A stretch of DNA of 64,000 nt from Abditibacterium sp. (GTDB lineage: Bacteria; Armatimonadota; Abditibacteriia; Abditibacteriales; Abditibacteriaceae), in NCBI GenBank assembly GCA_965199495.1, contig CBDASK010000003.1, forward strand, positions 3,712,001 to 3,776,000. Direction: 5' to 3'. Positions 38,946 to 48,320 of the stretch are shown piece after piece. The position numbers and the translations under genes are program-made. Under the pieces are notes generated by a model, which saw nothing but the letters and a program-made list of their open reading frames with translations, ran no database searches and was not told the DNA's origin. Numbering within the stretch: the first letter of the stretch is position 1; each line of letters starts with the position of its first letter.

Positions 38946-40832
38946 TCATTCGCGCCGCAGCAACAATTCCAAATAGGTCTGTAATTGCTCCGCCGCTTTC
39001 TTGTTCATGCCGGGCGCGAGGGCGATTTCTTCGACCGAAGCCGCGCGGATTTTTTGCAGGCTCCCGAAATGTTGCAACAGCGCGTTGCGCCGCGTTTCGC
39101 CGATGCCGGGCACATCGTCCAAAACCGATTTAGTCGCGTCCTTGCCGCGCCGTTTGCGGTGATGCGTAATGGCGAAGCGGTGCGCCTCGTCGCGGATGCG
39201 CTGCAACATGTGCAGCGCTGGAGAATTGCGCGGCAAAGCAATCGGTTCTTTCTGGCCGGGCACAAACAACAGTTCAAACTGTTTGGCCAAACCGGCGACG
39301 GGAATATCCGACAGATTTTTCTCGCGCAACACATCAACAGCCACGCCCAATTGGCCTTTGCCGCCATCAATTAATAATAAATCGGGCAAGGGCAAAAACT
39401 TTTCGTCGCCATCCAAAGCGCGTTGAAAACGGCGTCGCAAGACTTCGCGCATCATCTCGAAATCGTTGGGTTCGGTGCCGCCGGTAATTGCCAACGCGTG
39501 CTTAATCGTGAAATGGCGATAATTTTTCTTGTCCGGTTTGCCGCCGGTGGCGACAACCATCGAGCCGACCGAGTTGGAGCCTTGAATCGTCGAAATATCG
39601 AAACACTCGATGCGTTCGGGCATAACGTCCAATTTCAACTGTTTCTGCAAATCTTCTAACAACGACTGATTGACCTGCGTCGCCGTCGCGTTATACGACA
39701 AATGTTCCTTCAAAGCCTGCGCCGCGTTGGTGTGCGCCAGTTCGACCGAACGCACTTTGTCGCCGCGTTGCGGTCGCCGCACGTCAATTAAGCGGCCCGC
39801 TTTCTCGCTCAGCCATTCGGCGATGGCGGCTTCGTCTTCCAGTTCGACGGGCACTAAAACTTCGCGCGGAATGGCGACCGGGCCTTCGTAATGCTGGCGT
39901 AGAAAGACCGAAATGACTTCGCTGTCTTCGCGCCCTTCGATGTTTTGCAAAAAGAAATGCTGGTCGCCGATGAGTTTGCCGTTGCGCACGATCAGCGTCG
40001 TGACCGAGGCGATGCCCGCTTCGATTTGCAGCCCGATGGCGTCGAATTCTTCGTTGCTTGCCGAAACGACCTGTTGCTTTTCCAACACCGATTGCACCGC
40101 TTCAATGGTATCGCGATAAGTCGCGGCCTGCTCGAATTCCATGTTCGCCGCTGCCTCGCCCATCGCGCTTTCCAGCGATTTCAAAACATCACCGCCGCGC
40201 CCTTCCAGGAAATCTTTCAACTCGCGCGCCTGAAACGCGTAGTTTTCCGGCGAAACCGCCGCGATGCAGGGCGCCGTGCAACGGTTGATATGATATTCCA
40301 AACACGGTTTGTCCAATAATTGCGAAGTGTCGCGCCACGGACAGCCACCGCGCCGGGCACCGCCGATGATGGCGCCCGTTCGCACCTTGAAAACGCGCTT
40401 GGCCAGAGACACCGTCTGGCGCATTTTGCCCGCTCCGGCGTATGGCCCGAAATAAGTCGCTTTGTCGTTGGCGGGCGCGCGCACTTCCAGCAACGCCGGA
40501 TACTTCTCGTTCAAAGTCAGCTTCAAATACGGATAACGCTTGTCGTCTTTAAGCCGGATATTATAAGGCGGCTTGTGCATCTTGACCAGATTATTTTCTA
40601 ATATCAAAGCGTCTTTCTCGGACGCGGTGATGATGGTTTCGATGTCGGTAACGAGTTTGGATAATTTGCGCGTCAGAGGCGAATGTCCGCCGTCTTTATT
40701 GAAATACGAGCGCACGCGGCTTTTGAGACTGCGCGCTTTGCCGATATAAAGAATTTTGCCGTGCTGATCTTTGTGAATGTAAACGCCGGGCGCATCGGGC
40801 AGGGCGGCGAGCTGTTCTTCGAGTGAGGCCAT
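38946..40832 (-). CDS. uvrC: Excinuclease ABC subunit C
   Basis: PGVY...YIGKA GIY-YIG, IECFDIS, LIDGGKGQ, RDEAHRFAI, HhH. Confidence 0.96.
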   Translation of the reverse strand: MASLEEQLAALPDAPGVYIHKDQHGKILYIGKARSLKSRVRSYFNKDGGHSPLTRKLSKLVTDIETIITASEKDALILENNLVKMHKPPYNIRLKDDKRYPYLKLTLNEKYPALLEVRAPANDKATYFGPYAGAGKMRQTVSLAKRVFKVRTGAIIGGARRGGCPWRDTSQLLDKPCLEYHINRCTAPCIAAVSPENYAFQARELKDFLEGRGGDVLKSLESAMGEAAANMEFEQAATYRDTIEAVQSVLEKQQVVSASNEEFDAIGLQIEAGIASVTTLIVRNGKLIGDQHFFLQNIEGREDSEVISVFLRQHYEGPVAIPREVLVPVELEDEAAIAEWLSEKAGRLIDVRRPQRGDKVRSVELAHTNAAQALKEHLSYNATATQVNQSLLEDLQKQLKLDVMPERIECFDISTIQGSNSVGSMVVATGGKPDKKNYRHFTIKHALAITGGTEPNDFEMMREVLRRRFQRALDGDEKFLPLPDLLLIDGGKGQLGVAVDVLREKNLSDIPVAGLAKQFELLFVPGQKEPIALPRNSPALHMLQRIRDEAHRFAITHHRKRRGKDATKSVLDDVPGIGETRRNALLQHFGSLQKIRAASVEEIALAPGMNKKAAEQLQTYLELLLRRE

Positions 40833-40920
40833 GAAGGGAGTGTGCTTAAAGACGCGCGTTTAGAGAAGCAAGTCGCGAATAATTTGTTGGCCTATAGCTG
40901 TGTGCCGAGAGCGCGATTTT

Positions 40921-40985
40921 AATAGGACTTACGCAGTGAATTCTTCATTCGTAGCTTTTAAGCTACGAAGGGCGTAAGTCCTATT
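40921..40985. repeat. Miniature inverted-repeat element
   Basis: AATAGGACTTACGC...GCGTAAGTCCTATT with inner hairpin TTCGTAGCTT-tt-AAGCTACGAA. Confidence 0.6.
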
Positions 40986-41108
40986 TAAAGGAAAATGAGA
41001 AAATTACAACTATTGCAAAAATGTTTGGGTTGGGCCAAACTCCGCTTCACTTCGTCCCTTTTAGAGAAAGTATCTCGCGGCGATTCTGATCAAATTTCGG
41101 AAATAATT

Positions 41109-41684
41109 ATGCGATATACATCTTGGAAATTGTTGGGCACACTGGCCTTGATGCTCGTTGTTGCGCCCACGATGCTCACGACGGCGCACGCACAGGACGA
41201 CGACACGCAAGCTCAGGTGCAAGATCAGCCCGCGCCCAAAATTACCTTGAAAGTGGGCGATCAAGCGCCCGAAATTTCGGTGGATGGTTGGTGGAACGAA
41301 AAGGCTCCGGAAAAGCGCGCCAAAGGCAAGGTTTACGTTGTTGATTTCTGGGCGAGTTGGTGCGAGCCGTGCCGCGAATCCATGCCGCACATGGCGCAAA
41401 TGCAAGACAAATATGGCGATTACGCGACCTTCATCGGCATCAGCATTGACGAGAATAAAGGCGATGCCATTGATTATCTGAGTTCGCTCGGCCAAGATTT
41501 ACCGATTTATTTCGCGGTGGATAAAGACGGCCAATCGTGGGCGGATTGGGGCACCGCCGCTGGCCGCGACACAATTCCCACGACTTTCATCGTGGACGAA
41601 AACAACAAAATCGCGTGGGTCGGCCATCCGATGGAAGTGGAAGCCACGCTGCGCGATGTGATTTTGAAAAAATTGGCGAAATAG
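41109..41684 (+). CDS. TlpA/ResA family thiol-disulfide oxidoreductase
   Basis: Signal peptide, DFWASWCEPC, IPTTFIVD; terminator hairpin at about 41701-41742. Confidence 0.9.
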   Translation: MRYTSWKLLGTLALMLVVAPTMLTTAHAQDDDTQAQVQDQPAPKITLKVGDQAPEISVDGWWNEKAPEKRAKGKVYVVDFWASWCEPCRESMPHMAQMQDKYGDYATFIGISIDENKGDAIDYLSSLGQDLPIYFAVDKDGQSWADWGTAAGRDTIPTTFIVDENNKIAWVGHPMEVEATLRDVILKKLAK

Positions 41685-41810
41685 CAATCGCGCATCAAAT
41701 AAAAACGAGCCGCTTCGATTCGATTGAAGCGGCTCGTTTTTTATTGCCACCCGTTAGCTGGAATAAAATCGAGTTGATCTTGGTGAATGTAAACTTGAAC
41801 GGTAATTCAA

Positions 41811-42890
41811 ATGAGTAAATCGCTTTGGCTTAGAAATGTTGTTTTGGCAATTTTGCCGTTGCTAATATTTGGGTTTATCTACCGCATTCGGGCCGACCAA
41901 AAGCGCACGCTTTTTTCTCAAAGCAATGTCATTGCTTTAGCTTTCGTCGCCGACACTAACCAACTCGCGGCTTCCACTGGAACGATGGGAGACTTCCAGA
42001 TATGGAATGTGCCATCTCGCAAGTTAATCTCGAAAGGTGGCAGAAATTCTTCTGATCGGGTCGAGGATCAGTTTTTCGGGAAAGGTCTGTTCTTGGCTCA
42101 TTTTGGAAGCGGGTCTCAAATGGAGATACGTGATATGCGAACGGGAAAAGTCGTGCAGACCATCGATTGCAAAAAGGAAATCGAAGCCCAATACCAAAAT
42201 TACGAGGATTTGGGAGCCGGTTACTTATCGAATGACGGAAAGATATTGGCGCTTGTGACTTGGACGCCGCCGAACGATAGAGATGTCCCGTCAAATGGGA
42301 AATTGCGCCTGTGGAATCTACAAAAACACCGACCGATTTGCGTCATTCAAGCCTCTGCGTTGCCGCCAAACTTTAAGCCGGGCGATTATTATATTGCGCC
42401 AGCCATTAGTTCGGTTCGGTTTGCGCCCGACGATAAAAGCATGGCCATTGGGCTGAACAATGGTGAAGTGAGTCTCTGGAGTGTGCCCGCAGGCCAATTG
42501 AAGCATCGCTTGAGCGGACAGCAGAATGCCGTGAAATCCCTGGCCTTTGCACCCGATGGCACTCGCTTGGCCAGTGGTAGCATCGGCGGCATTTTTGACA
42601 AGAGCGTCCGCAACAGCATCAACGTGTGGAATACGCGCCAGGGCGCGCTTTTGTATAGGCTCAATGTGGGAGCAGGCGCAACGGCCTTGACATTTTCGCC
42701 CGATGGAAAATGGGTGGCGAGCGGTGATGAGTGGGGTGGAGCCGCGTTATGGAATATCTCGACGGGCAAGCTAAGAGAACGGCTCAATGGTCATAGCCAA
42801 TGGATTTCAGGTTTGGATTTTTCGTCGGATGGAAAAACTCTGGCAACCGGGAGTTGGGACAAAAAAATCAAGCTATGGCGCATCGAGTAA
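41811..42890 (+). CDS. WD40 repeat protein with N-terminal anchor
   Basis: Repeats such as LAFAPDGTRLASGS and GH...LDFSSDGKTLATGSWDKKIKLW. Confidence 0.9.
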   Translation: MSKSLWLRNVVLAILPLLIFGFIYRIRADQKRTLFSQSNVIALAFVADTNQLAASTGTMGDFQIWNVPSRKLISKGGRNSSDRVEDQFFGKGLFLAHFGSGSQMEIRDMRTGKVVQTIDCKKEIEAQYQNYEDLGAGYLSNDGKILALVTWTPPNDRDVPSNGKLRLWNLQKHRPICVIQASALPPNFKPGDYYIAPAISSVRFAPDDKSMAIGLNNGEVSLWSVPAGQLKHRLSGQQNAVKSLAFAPDGTRLASGSIGGIFDKSVRNSINVWNTRQGALLYRLNVGAGATALTFSPDGKWVASGDEWGGAALWNISTGKLRERLNGHSQWISGLDFSSDGKTLATGSWDKKIKLWRIE

Positions 42891-42908
42891 ACGTTTACTA
42901 AGCTACCT

Positions 42909-43169
42909 TTATGATTCGTCGCGCGCGAGTTCCGCGCTCCATCGCGCGATTAAATGCAACTTATCGTTGCTCGTTAATTCGTTCGCTGGCGCACCCCATT
43001 TGACGGTGAATTCGGATTGTTCGGCGTCTTTGAGCGTTTTGGGCAATGCCGAGCGCAACTGTTGAACTTTGGCGAAAAACTCTTCTTCGGGCACCAGGCG
43101 TTTGCCCAGAATGCCTTTGCTTTCTTCGACTAATTGTTCGAGTTCGTTAATGATGCGGAGAACGTTCAT
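42909..43169 (-). CDS. Small hypothetical helical protein
   Basis: MNVLRIINELEQLVEESK...LRSALPKTLKDA; protein-like composition. Confidence 0.55.
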   Translation of the reverse strand: MNVLRIINELEQLVEESKGILGKRLVPEEEFFAKVQQLRSALPKTLKDAEQSEFTVKWGAPANELTSNDKLHLIARWSAELARDES

Positions 43170-43323
43170 GTGCGATTGATTGGCAGTTTGCCTTGTATTG
43201 GCGGCAATAAAAACGGTAGCGAGACGCACGATTTTTGGTAAATTCATCTTTCGCGACTTTATCGCGGTTTTGCATGACGTTCACATTTCCCCATTCCCAA
43301 TTTGCGTCCAATGGAGATTCGCA

Positions 43324-43980
43324 ATGACGCCGCGTCGCATTTTATTATTGGGGCCGCCGGGCAGCGGCAAAGGCACGCAGTCGGTGCGCGTGGCTGCACA
43401 TCTCGGCATAGCGCACATAGCCACGGGTGACCTGTTCCGTGCGGAAATCGCCGCGCAAACCGAATTGGGCGTTTTGGCCGATAGTTTTATCGCGCACGGC
43501 AATTTGGTGCCCGACGAAGTGACTAATGAAGTCGTGCGCGAACGTTTGGCTCAATCCGATGCGCAGGGTTTCGTGTTGGACGGTTATCCGCGAACGTTGG
43601 ATCAAGCGCGCGCTTTGGAAGCGAATTTAAATTCGATTGAGCGTCCGCTCGACGGCGCGTTTTTGATTGATGTGCCCGACGAAAATATCGTGCAACGCGC
43701 GATTGGGCGCGTGTTGTGTCCGGGTTGCGGCGCGATTTATCATTTGCAGTTCAAGCCGCCTTCTGTTGCGGGCATTTGCGATAACTGTCGCAACGTTTTG
43801 GTCGTGCGCGACGACGATACGCCTTCAACCGTTAGGCACCGGTTGGCGGTTTATCATCGGATTACGGCGCCGGTGATCGAGTTTTATAAAGCAAAAGATT
43901 TGCTGAAAAGTGTGAATGGCGTGGGGACTCCCGATGAAATCACTCAATTGCTGCTTGCGCAAATCGCGCGGAGTTGGTAG
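43324..43980 (+). CDS. adk: Adenylate kinase (zinc-lid type)
   Basis: GPPGSGKGTQ, TGDLFR, LDGYPRT, CxxC...CxxC lid. Confidence 0.95.
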   Translation: MTPRRILLLGPPGSGKGTQSVRVAAHLGIAHIATGDLFRAEIAAQTELGVLADSFIAHGNLVPDEVTNEVVRERLAQSDAQGFVLDGYPRTLDQARALEANLNSIERPLDGAFLIDVPDENIVQRAIGRVLCPGCGAIYHLQFKPPSVAGICDNCRNVLVVRDDDTPSTVRHRLAVYHRITAPVIEFYKAKDLLKSVNGVGTPDEITQLLLAQIARSW

Positions 43981-44067
43981 AATTATCCCCTTGGCGCCCC
44001 CAAAGATTTTTTACGGCCCTTAATTGTGGCTGTTGCGCCGGGAGTAAAGCAAACAAATTTCGTAGAT

Positions 44068-44286
44068 ATGGCAAAAGATTCAGGAGTAGAAGTCGAAGGC
44101 CGCGTGGTGGAAACCCTCCCCAACGCGACTTTTCGTGTGGAACTTGAAGCAGGGCATGAGGTTTTGGCACATGTGTCGGGCCGGATGCGCCGCAACTTCA
44201 TCAAAATTCTGACCGGCGACCGCGTGTTGATCGAACTCAACGTCAACGATTTGACCCGTGGCCGCATCCTTTACCGCTACAAATAA
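44068..44286 (+). CDS. infA: Translation initiation factor IF-1
   Basis: [22 protein letters not shown]...GRILYR. Confidence 0.97.
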   Translation: MAKDSGVEVEGRVVETLPNATFRVELEAGHEVLAHVSGRMRRNFIKILTGDRVLIELNVNDLTRGRILYRYK

Positions 44287-44432
44287 AAATCTCGCACCCT
44301 GCTCGGTGGCATAGAGAAAATGAAGAACGGTTTGTATTCTAACGGACTATTCAAATTTTCTTTGTTTTCTCCGCGCGGATCGTTTCTGCGCGAGATTGAA
44401 GTTTGCGATTTTCCAAAAATCACGGAAAAATC

Positions 44433-44549
44433 ATGCAAGTTCGCACTTCTGTTAAACCGCGCTGCGTCAATTGTCGCGTCATTCGCCGTCATGGCAAAGT
44501 GATGGTCATCTGCAGCGCCGTCAAAAAGCACAAACAGCGCCAAGGCTAA
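44433..44549 (+). CDS. rpmJ: 50S ribosomal protein L36 (not in ORF track)
   Basis: Manual translation [38 protein letters not shown]. Confidence 0.95.
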   Translation: MQVRTSVKPRCVNCRVIRRHGKVMVICSAVKKHKQRQG

Positions 44550-44633
44550 TTGCAGCCACGCGCACTCGAACCAACCCGCGCACGTTCATGTAAATCGTAA
44601 GATTTGCCGCCGAGCGCACAATTTACCTCAATT

Positions 44634-45008
44634 ATGGCACGTATTGCTGGCATTGATTTGCCCCGCGACAAGCGGCTTGAAACCGCTCTCACCTACATCT
44701 TTGGCATCGGCCCCTCGCTCGCCAAAGAGATCATCACCAAATCTGAAATCGCCGAAAATCCGCGCGTGCGCGATTTGTCTGAAGCCGACGCCGCGCGTTT
44801 GCGCGAAATCGTCGAGCAGGATTACCGCGTCGAAGGCGACCTCAAGCGCCTCGTCAACGGCGACATCAAGCGCCTGATGGAAATTCAGGCCTATCGTGGC
44901 ATCCGCCATCGTCGCGGATTGCCGGTGCGCGGTCAGCGCACCAAGACCAACGCGCGCACCCGCAAAGGCCCGCGCAAAACCGTCGGCGTTAAAAGGACGA
45001 AGAAATAA
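44634..45008 (+). CDS. rpsM: 30S ribosomal protein S13
   Basis: [10 protein letters not shown]...[18 protein letters not shown]. Confidence 0.97.
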   Translation: MARIAGIDLPRDKRLETALTYIFGIGPSLAKEIITKSEIAENPRVRDLSEADAARLREIVEQDYRVEGDLKRLVNGDIKRLMEIQAYRGIRHRRGLPVRGQRTKTNARTRKGPRKTVGVKRTKK

Positions 45009-45013
45009 AGTCG

Positions 45014-45183
45014 AGCGTCGCTTCGCGCCCCTGTCATTCTGAGCGAAGTGAGGCACGAACGCAGTCGAAGAATCCAGCACGTTTTAGCTGTTGCGTAATT
45101 TCGCAGGGCTTTTCACTTCATGGATTCTTCGACTACGTTCGTGCCTCACTTCGCTCAGAATGACAGGGGCGCGAAGCGACGCT
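45014..45183. repeat. Long palindromic repeat, copy 1 (TGTCATTCTGAGCG family)
   Basis: Arms ...CCTGTCATTCTGAGCGAAGTGAGGCACGAACGCAGTCGAAGAATCCA and reverse complement. Confidence 0.88.
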
Positions 45184-45200
45184 GATTACCTCACATCATT

Positions 45201-45584
45201 ATGGCAGAACCTCGTCAATCACGGCGTGCGAAGAAAGCTGCGGCTCGCGGCCAGGTCTTCATTCAAAGCACGTTCAATAATACCATCGTCACCATCACCG
45301 ACGGTGAAGGCAACTCGTTCGGTTGGGCTTCGGCTGGCACCGTCGGTTTCAAAGGCACCAAAAAGGGCACGCCCTTCGCCGCGCAAGTCGCCGCGTCCAA
45401 TCTGGCGCGCCGCGCCGCCGAAGCGGGCATGAAGCGCGTTGACATCTTCGTCAAAGGCCCCGGTAGCGGACGCGAAACCGCGATTCGCGCGATTCAGGCT
45501 TCCGGTTTGGAAGTCGGCTCGATCCGCGACGTGACGCCGATTCCGCACAACGGTTGCCGCCCCAAAAAGCGTCGCCGCGTGTAG
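45201..45584 (+). CDS. rpsK: 30S ribosomal protein S11
   Basis: [32 protein letters not shown]. Confidence 0.97.
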   Translation: MAEPRQSRRAKKAAARGQVFIQSTFNNTIVTITDGEGNSFGWASAGTVGFKGTKKGTPFAAQVAASNLARRAAEAGMKRVDIFVKGPGSGRETAIRAIQASGLEVGSIRDVTPIPHNGCRPKKRRRV

Positions 45585-45586
45585 TT

Positions 45587-45711
45587 GGCAAGGAACAAGT
45601 GGCAAGGAGCAGGGAATAAGGGAGGGAAAAGCAGATTGTAGCGCGACGAGAAATCGCAAAGCGCATTGCCTCCAAATTTCTGTCCTTGTTCCTTGCCACT
45701 TGTTCCTTGCC
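45587..45711. repeat. Inverted array of 7-mer repeats
   Basis: GGCAAGGAACAAGTGGCAAGG... / ...CCTTGCCACTTGTTCCTTGCC. Confidence 0.75.
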
Positions 45712-45818
45712 CCATTAACAACCTGCGCCGGTAAAACAGGCGCGCGCGACTCTTAACCAAGCACGCGCGACCCAAGCCCGGCGCCGAACAACAAACAGGA
45801 AAGAACAAAATTTAAATT

Positions 45819-46433
45819 ATGGCTCGATATACAGGCCCAGTGGGCAAAGTGAGTCGCCGTCTTGGTTTCGGCATCTCAGAAAAAGGCGATCGGATTCTCA
45901 AAAAGCGGCCCAATCCGCCGGGTATGCACGGTCACAACGGCCCGCCCCGCAAACAGTCGGATTACTCGTTGCGTTTGGCCGAGAAACAGAAAGCGCGCTA
46001 CGCTTACGGAATGCTCGAAAAGCAGTTCCGCCGCACCTTTATGGAAGCGAAGCGGATGCAGGGAGAAACCGGTTCCAACTTCTTCTCGTTGTTAGAGCGC
46101 CGTTTGGATAACGTGGTTTATCGCATGGGCTTGGCTTCGACGCGCGCTCAGGCGCGCCAGCTTGTGAACCACGGCCACATCATCGTCAATGGTCGCAAAA
46201 CCGACATCGCTTCGTATTCGGTGAAAATCGGCACACAGATTAGCGTGCGCCCGCAGAGCCGCAACACGACTTACTTTAAGGAACACGCCGAGGGCGGCGC
46301 CAGCCGTAATCGCGTTCCGGGTTGGATTTCGATGGACGGCGATATGAGCGGAACCGTGCAGTCTTTGCCGCGCCGCGAAGACGCCGAACCCGACATCAAC
46401 GATCTGTTCATCGTTGAGTTCTACTCGCGTTAA
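45819..46433 (+). CDS. rpsD: 30S ribosomal protein S4 (no zinc-finger cysteines)
   Basis: [34 protein letters not shown]. Confidence 0.97.
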   Translation: MARYTGPVGKVSRRLGFGISEKGDRILKKRPNPPGMHGHNGPPRKQSDYSLRLAEKQKARYAYGMLEKQFRRTFMEAKRMQGETGSNFFSLLERRLDNVVYRMGLASTRAQARQLVNHGHIIVNGRKTDIASYSVKIGTQISVRPQSRNTTYFKEHAEGGASRNRVPGWISMDGDMSGTVQSLPRREDAEPDINDLFIVEFYSR

Positions 46434-46574
46434 GGAAAAGCGGAAACACATCTTGTCGAATAACCCGATTGTCTCAATCGGGTTATTGCGATGCCAGAAG
46501 GTTCTTTTGTTTCGACGGAATTAACGAGAAGTAAATGACCTTGCTGAGAAACAGTTAGGGCTATTAATTAAACT

Positions 46575-47555
46575 ATGCTGACAACCAATCAGGGTTCGGC
46601 TCCCAAAGTCAACGCGATGGCGGGCGCCAACGACCGTTACGCGAAATTCACCGTTTCCCCGCTTCCCAAAGGCTACGGCCACACGCTCGGAGCTTCGCTG
46701 CGCCGCATTTTGCTTTCGTCCATCGAAGGCATTTCGATCACGGCGATTCAGGTTCAGGGCGTGCAGCACGAGTTCACGACGTTGCCCGGCATCGTCGAGG
46801 ACATGATGGAAATCGTGCTCAACCTGAAAGAAATTTCGGTGCGCTCACCTAACGGTCGCCTCGAAGGCCCCGTGGCTGCTCGCATCGACAAAGTCGGCGA
46901 AGGTCGCGTGACCGCCGCCGATGTGCAATTGCCAAGTGGCGTGCAGATGGTTTCGCCCGAAAAACCGATTTGCACCTTGAGCAAACCCGACGCGCGTTTC
47001 GACGCCGTTATCACCATCGAAGCTGGCGTTGGCTACGTTCCTGCGAGCTTGCAGGAACGCGGCAAAACTATCGGCACGATTCCGATTGATGCCAATTACT
47101 CGCCGGTTACGCGCGTCAACTATTACGTTGAACCCACGCGCGTCGGCCAACAGACCGAGTTGGATCGCCTGGTTCTGGAAGTTCATACCAACGGAACTTT
47201 GACGCCCTCTGCGGCTTTGGCGCAAGCGGCGGGCATCATGACGAGTTATCTCGGATTGTTCACCGGCATGGAAGGCGGCGTCGAAATTCTGCCCGTCCCC
47301 GGTGCCGAGCCAACCGCCAGTCGTGCGCGCGACATCAAAATTGATGATCTCGATTTCAGCAACCGCACTTACAACTGTTTGAAACGTCAGGGCATCGAAA
47401 CGCTCGAAGAGTTGGCCGGTTACAACGAGGAAGAGCTGATGAACATTCGCAACTTCGGACAGAAGTCGCTGGATGAAGTCATCGAGAAGCTCAAAGAATA
47501 CAACATGGACTTGCGTCCCGCCGCCAGCGCCGACGCCGAGGAATACGCGATTTAA
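46575..47555 (+). CDS. rpoA: RNA polymerase alpha subunit
   Basis: GYGHTLG.SLRRILLSS, HEF, RTYNCLKR, IRNFGQKSLDE. Confidence 0.97.
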   Translation: MLTTNQGSAPKVNAMAGANDRYAKFTVSPLPKGYGHTLGASLRRILLSSIEGISITAIQVQGVQHEFTTLPGIVEDMMEIVLNLKEISVRSPNGRLEGPVAARIDKVGEGRVTAADVQLPSGVQMVSPEKPICTLSKPDARFDAVITIEAGVGYVPASLQERGKTIGTIPIDANYSPVTRVNYYVEPTRVGQQTELDRLVLEVHTNGTLTPSAALAQAAGIMTSYLGLFTGMEGGVEILPVPGAEPTASRARDIKIDDLDFSNRTYNCLKRQGIETLEELAGYNEEELMNIRNFGQKSLDEVIEKLKEYNMDLRPAASADAEEYAI

Positions 47556-47559
47556 TCGC

Positions 47560-47667
47560 AGGGTGACAGGTGGCAAGTCTCAGGTGACAGGGAGTGGAGA
47601 GCCAGTCTTCGCGACGAACTTTCTAATCTTCTCCACTTGAAACTTGTCACCTGTTACCTGCCACCCT
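47560..47667. repeat. Inverted array of 7-mer repeats
   Basis: AGGGTGACAGGTGGCAAGTCTCAGGTG... / ...CTTGTCACCTGTTACCTGCCACCCT. Confidence 0.7.
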
Positions 47668-47678
47668 AAAGGAGAAAT

Positions 47679-48167
47679 ATGCGACATAAAGTAGGAAAGC
47701 GCAAGCTGAACAAACCGACCGATCAGCGAATGGCGCTCTTAAAAAACCAGGTGCAGGCGTTGTTCATGCACGAGCGTTTGGTCACGACCGAAGCGCGCGC
47801 CAAAGAAGTGCGTTCGCTCGCGGAAAAGCTGATCACGCGCGCCAAAGTCGATACCTTGGCCAACCGCCAGCAGGTCGAGAAATACATCCAGAAGCCGCCG
47901 ATGCCGACGGAAACCAAATACAAATTCGCCGAGCGCAAAGCGCGCAATCCCTATGCGGTGCGCAAAAGCGTGACGGTGAAAAAGTGGCGCGATATGGAGC
48001 ATCCCGAACGCGAGATTCTGGAGAAACTCTTCACCGACATCGCCCCGCGCTACGCGGGCCGCGCCAAAGACGCCCCCGGCGGCAACGGCGGCTACACCCG
48101 CATCGTGAAGCTGCCCGCCCGTCGCGGCGACGCCGCCCCCACAGCCGTGCTGTTGTTAGTCGAGTAA
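47679..48167 (+). CDS. rplQ: 50S ribosomal protein L17 with internal insertion
   Basis: MRHKVGKRKL, TTEARAKE, GGYTRIVKL..RRGDAA. Confidence 0.95.
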   Translation: MRHKVGKRKLNKPTDQRMALLKNQVQALFMHERLVTTEARAKEVRSLAEKLITRAKVDTLANRQQVEKYIQKPPMPTETKYKFAERKARNPYAVRKSVTVKKWRDMEHPEREILEKLFTDIAPRYAGRAKDAPGGNGGYTRIVKLPARRGDAAPTAVLLLVE

Positions 48168-48211
48168 TCGTGCGACGTGGCTGCTGTTGAGGACGCGGAA
48201 ATTTGCGGGAT
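48162..48211 (+). repeat. Direct repeat A (rplQ end plus intergenic), second copy at 54059-54107
   Basis: GAGTAATCGTGCGACGTGGCTGCTGTTGAGGACGCGGAA(A)TTTGCGGGAT, identical except for one A. Confidence 0.9.
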
Positions 48212-48320
48212 AACGCTGATGTGAATCGGTGTTATCCCGCGAGCTTGCAGTGATTTGCGTGCGGTTCGCACGAAGCGAAGGCGACATCGCTATGACGAAA
48301 CTTATTGTATAATGAAAGAC

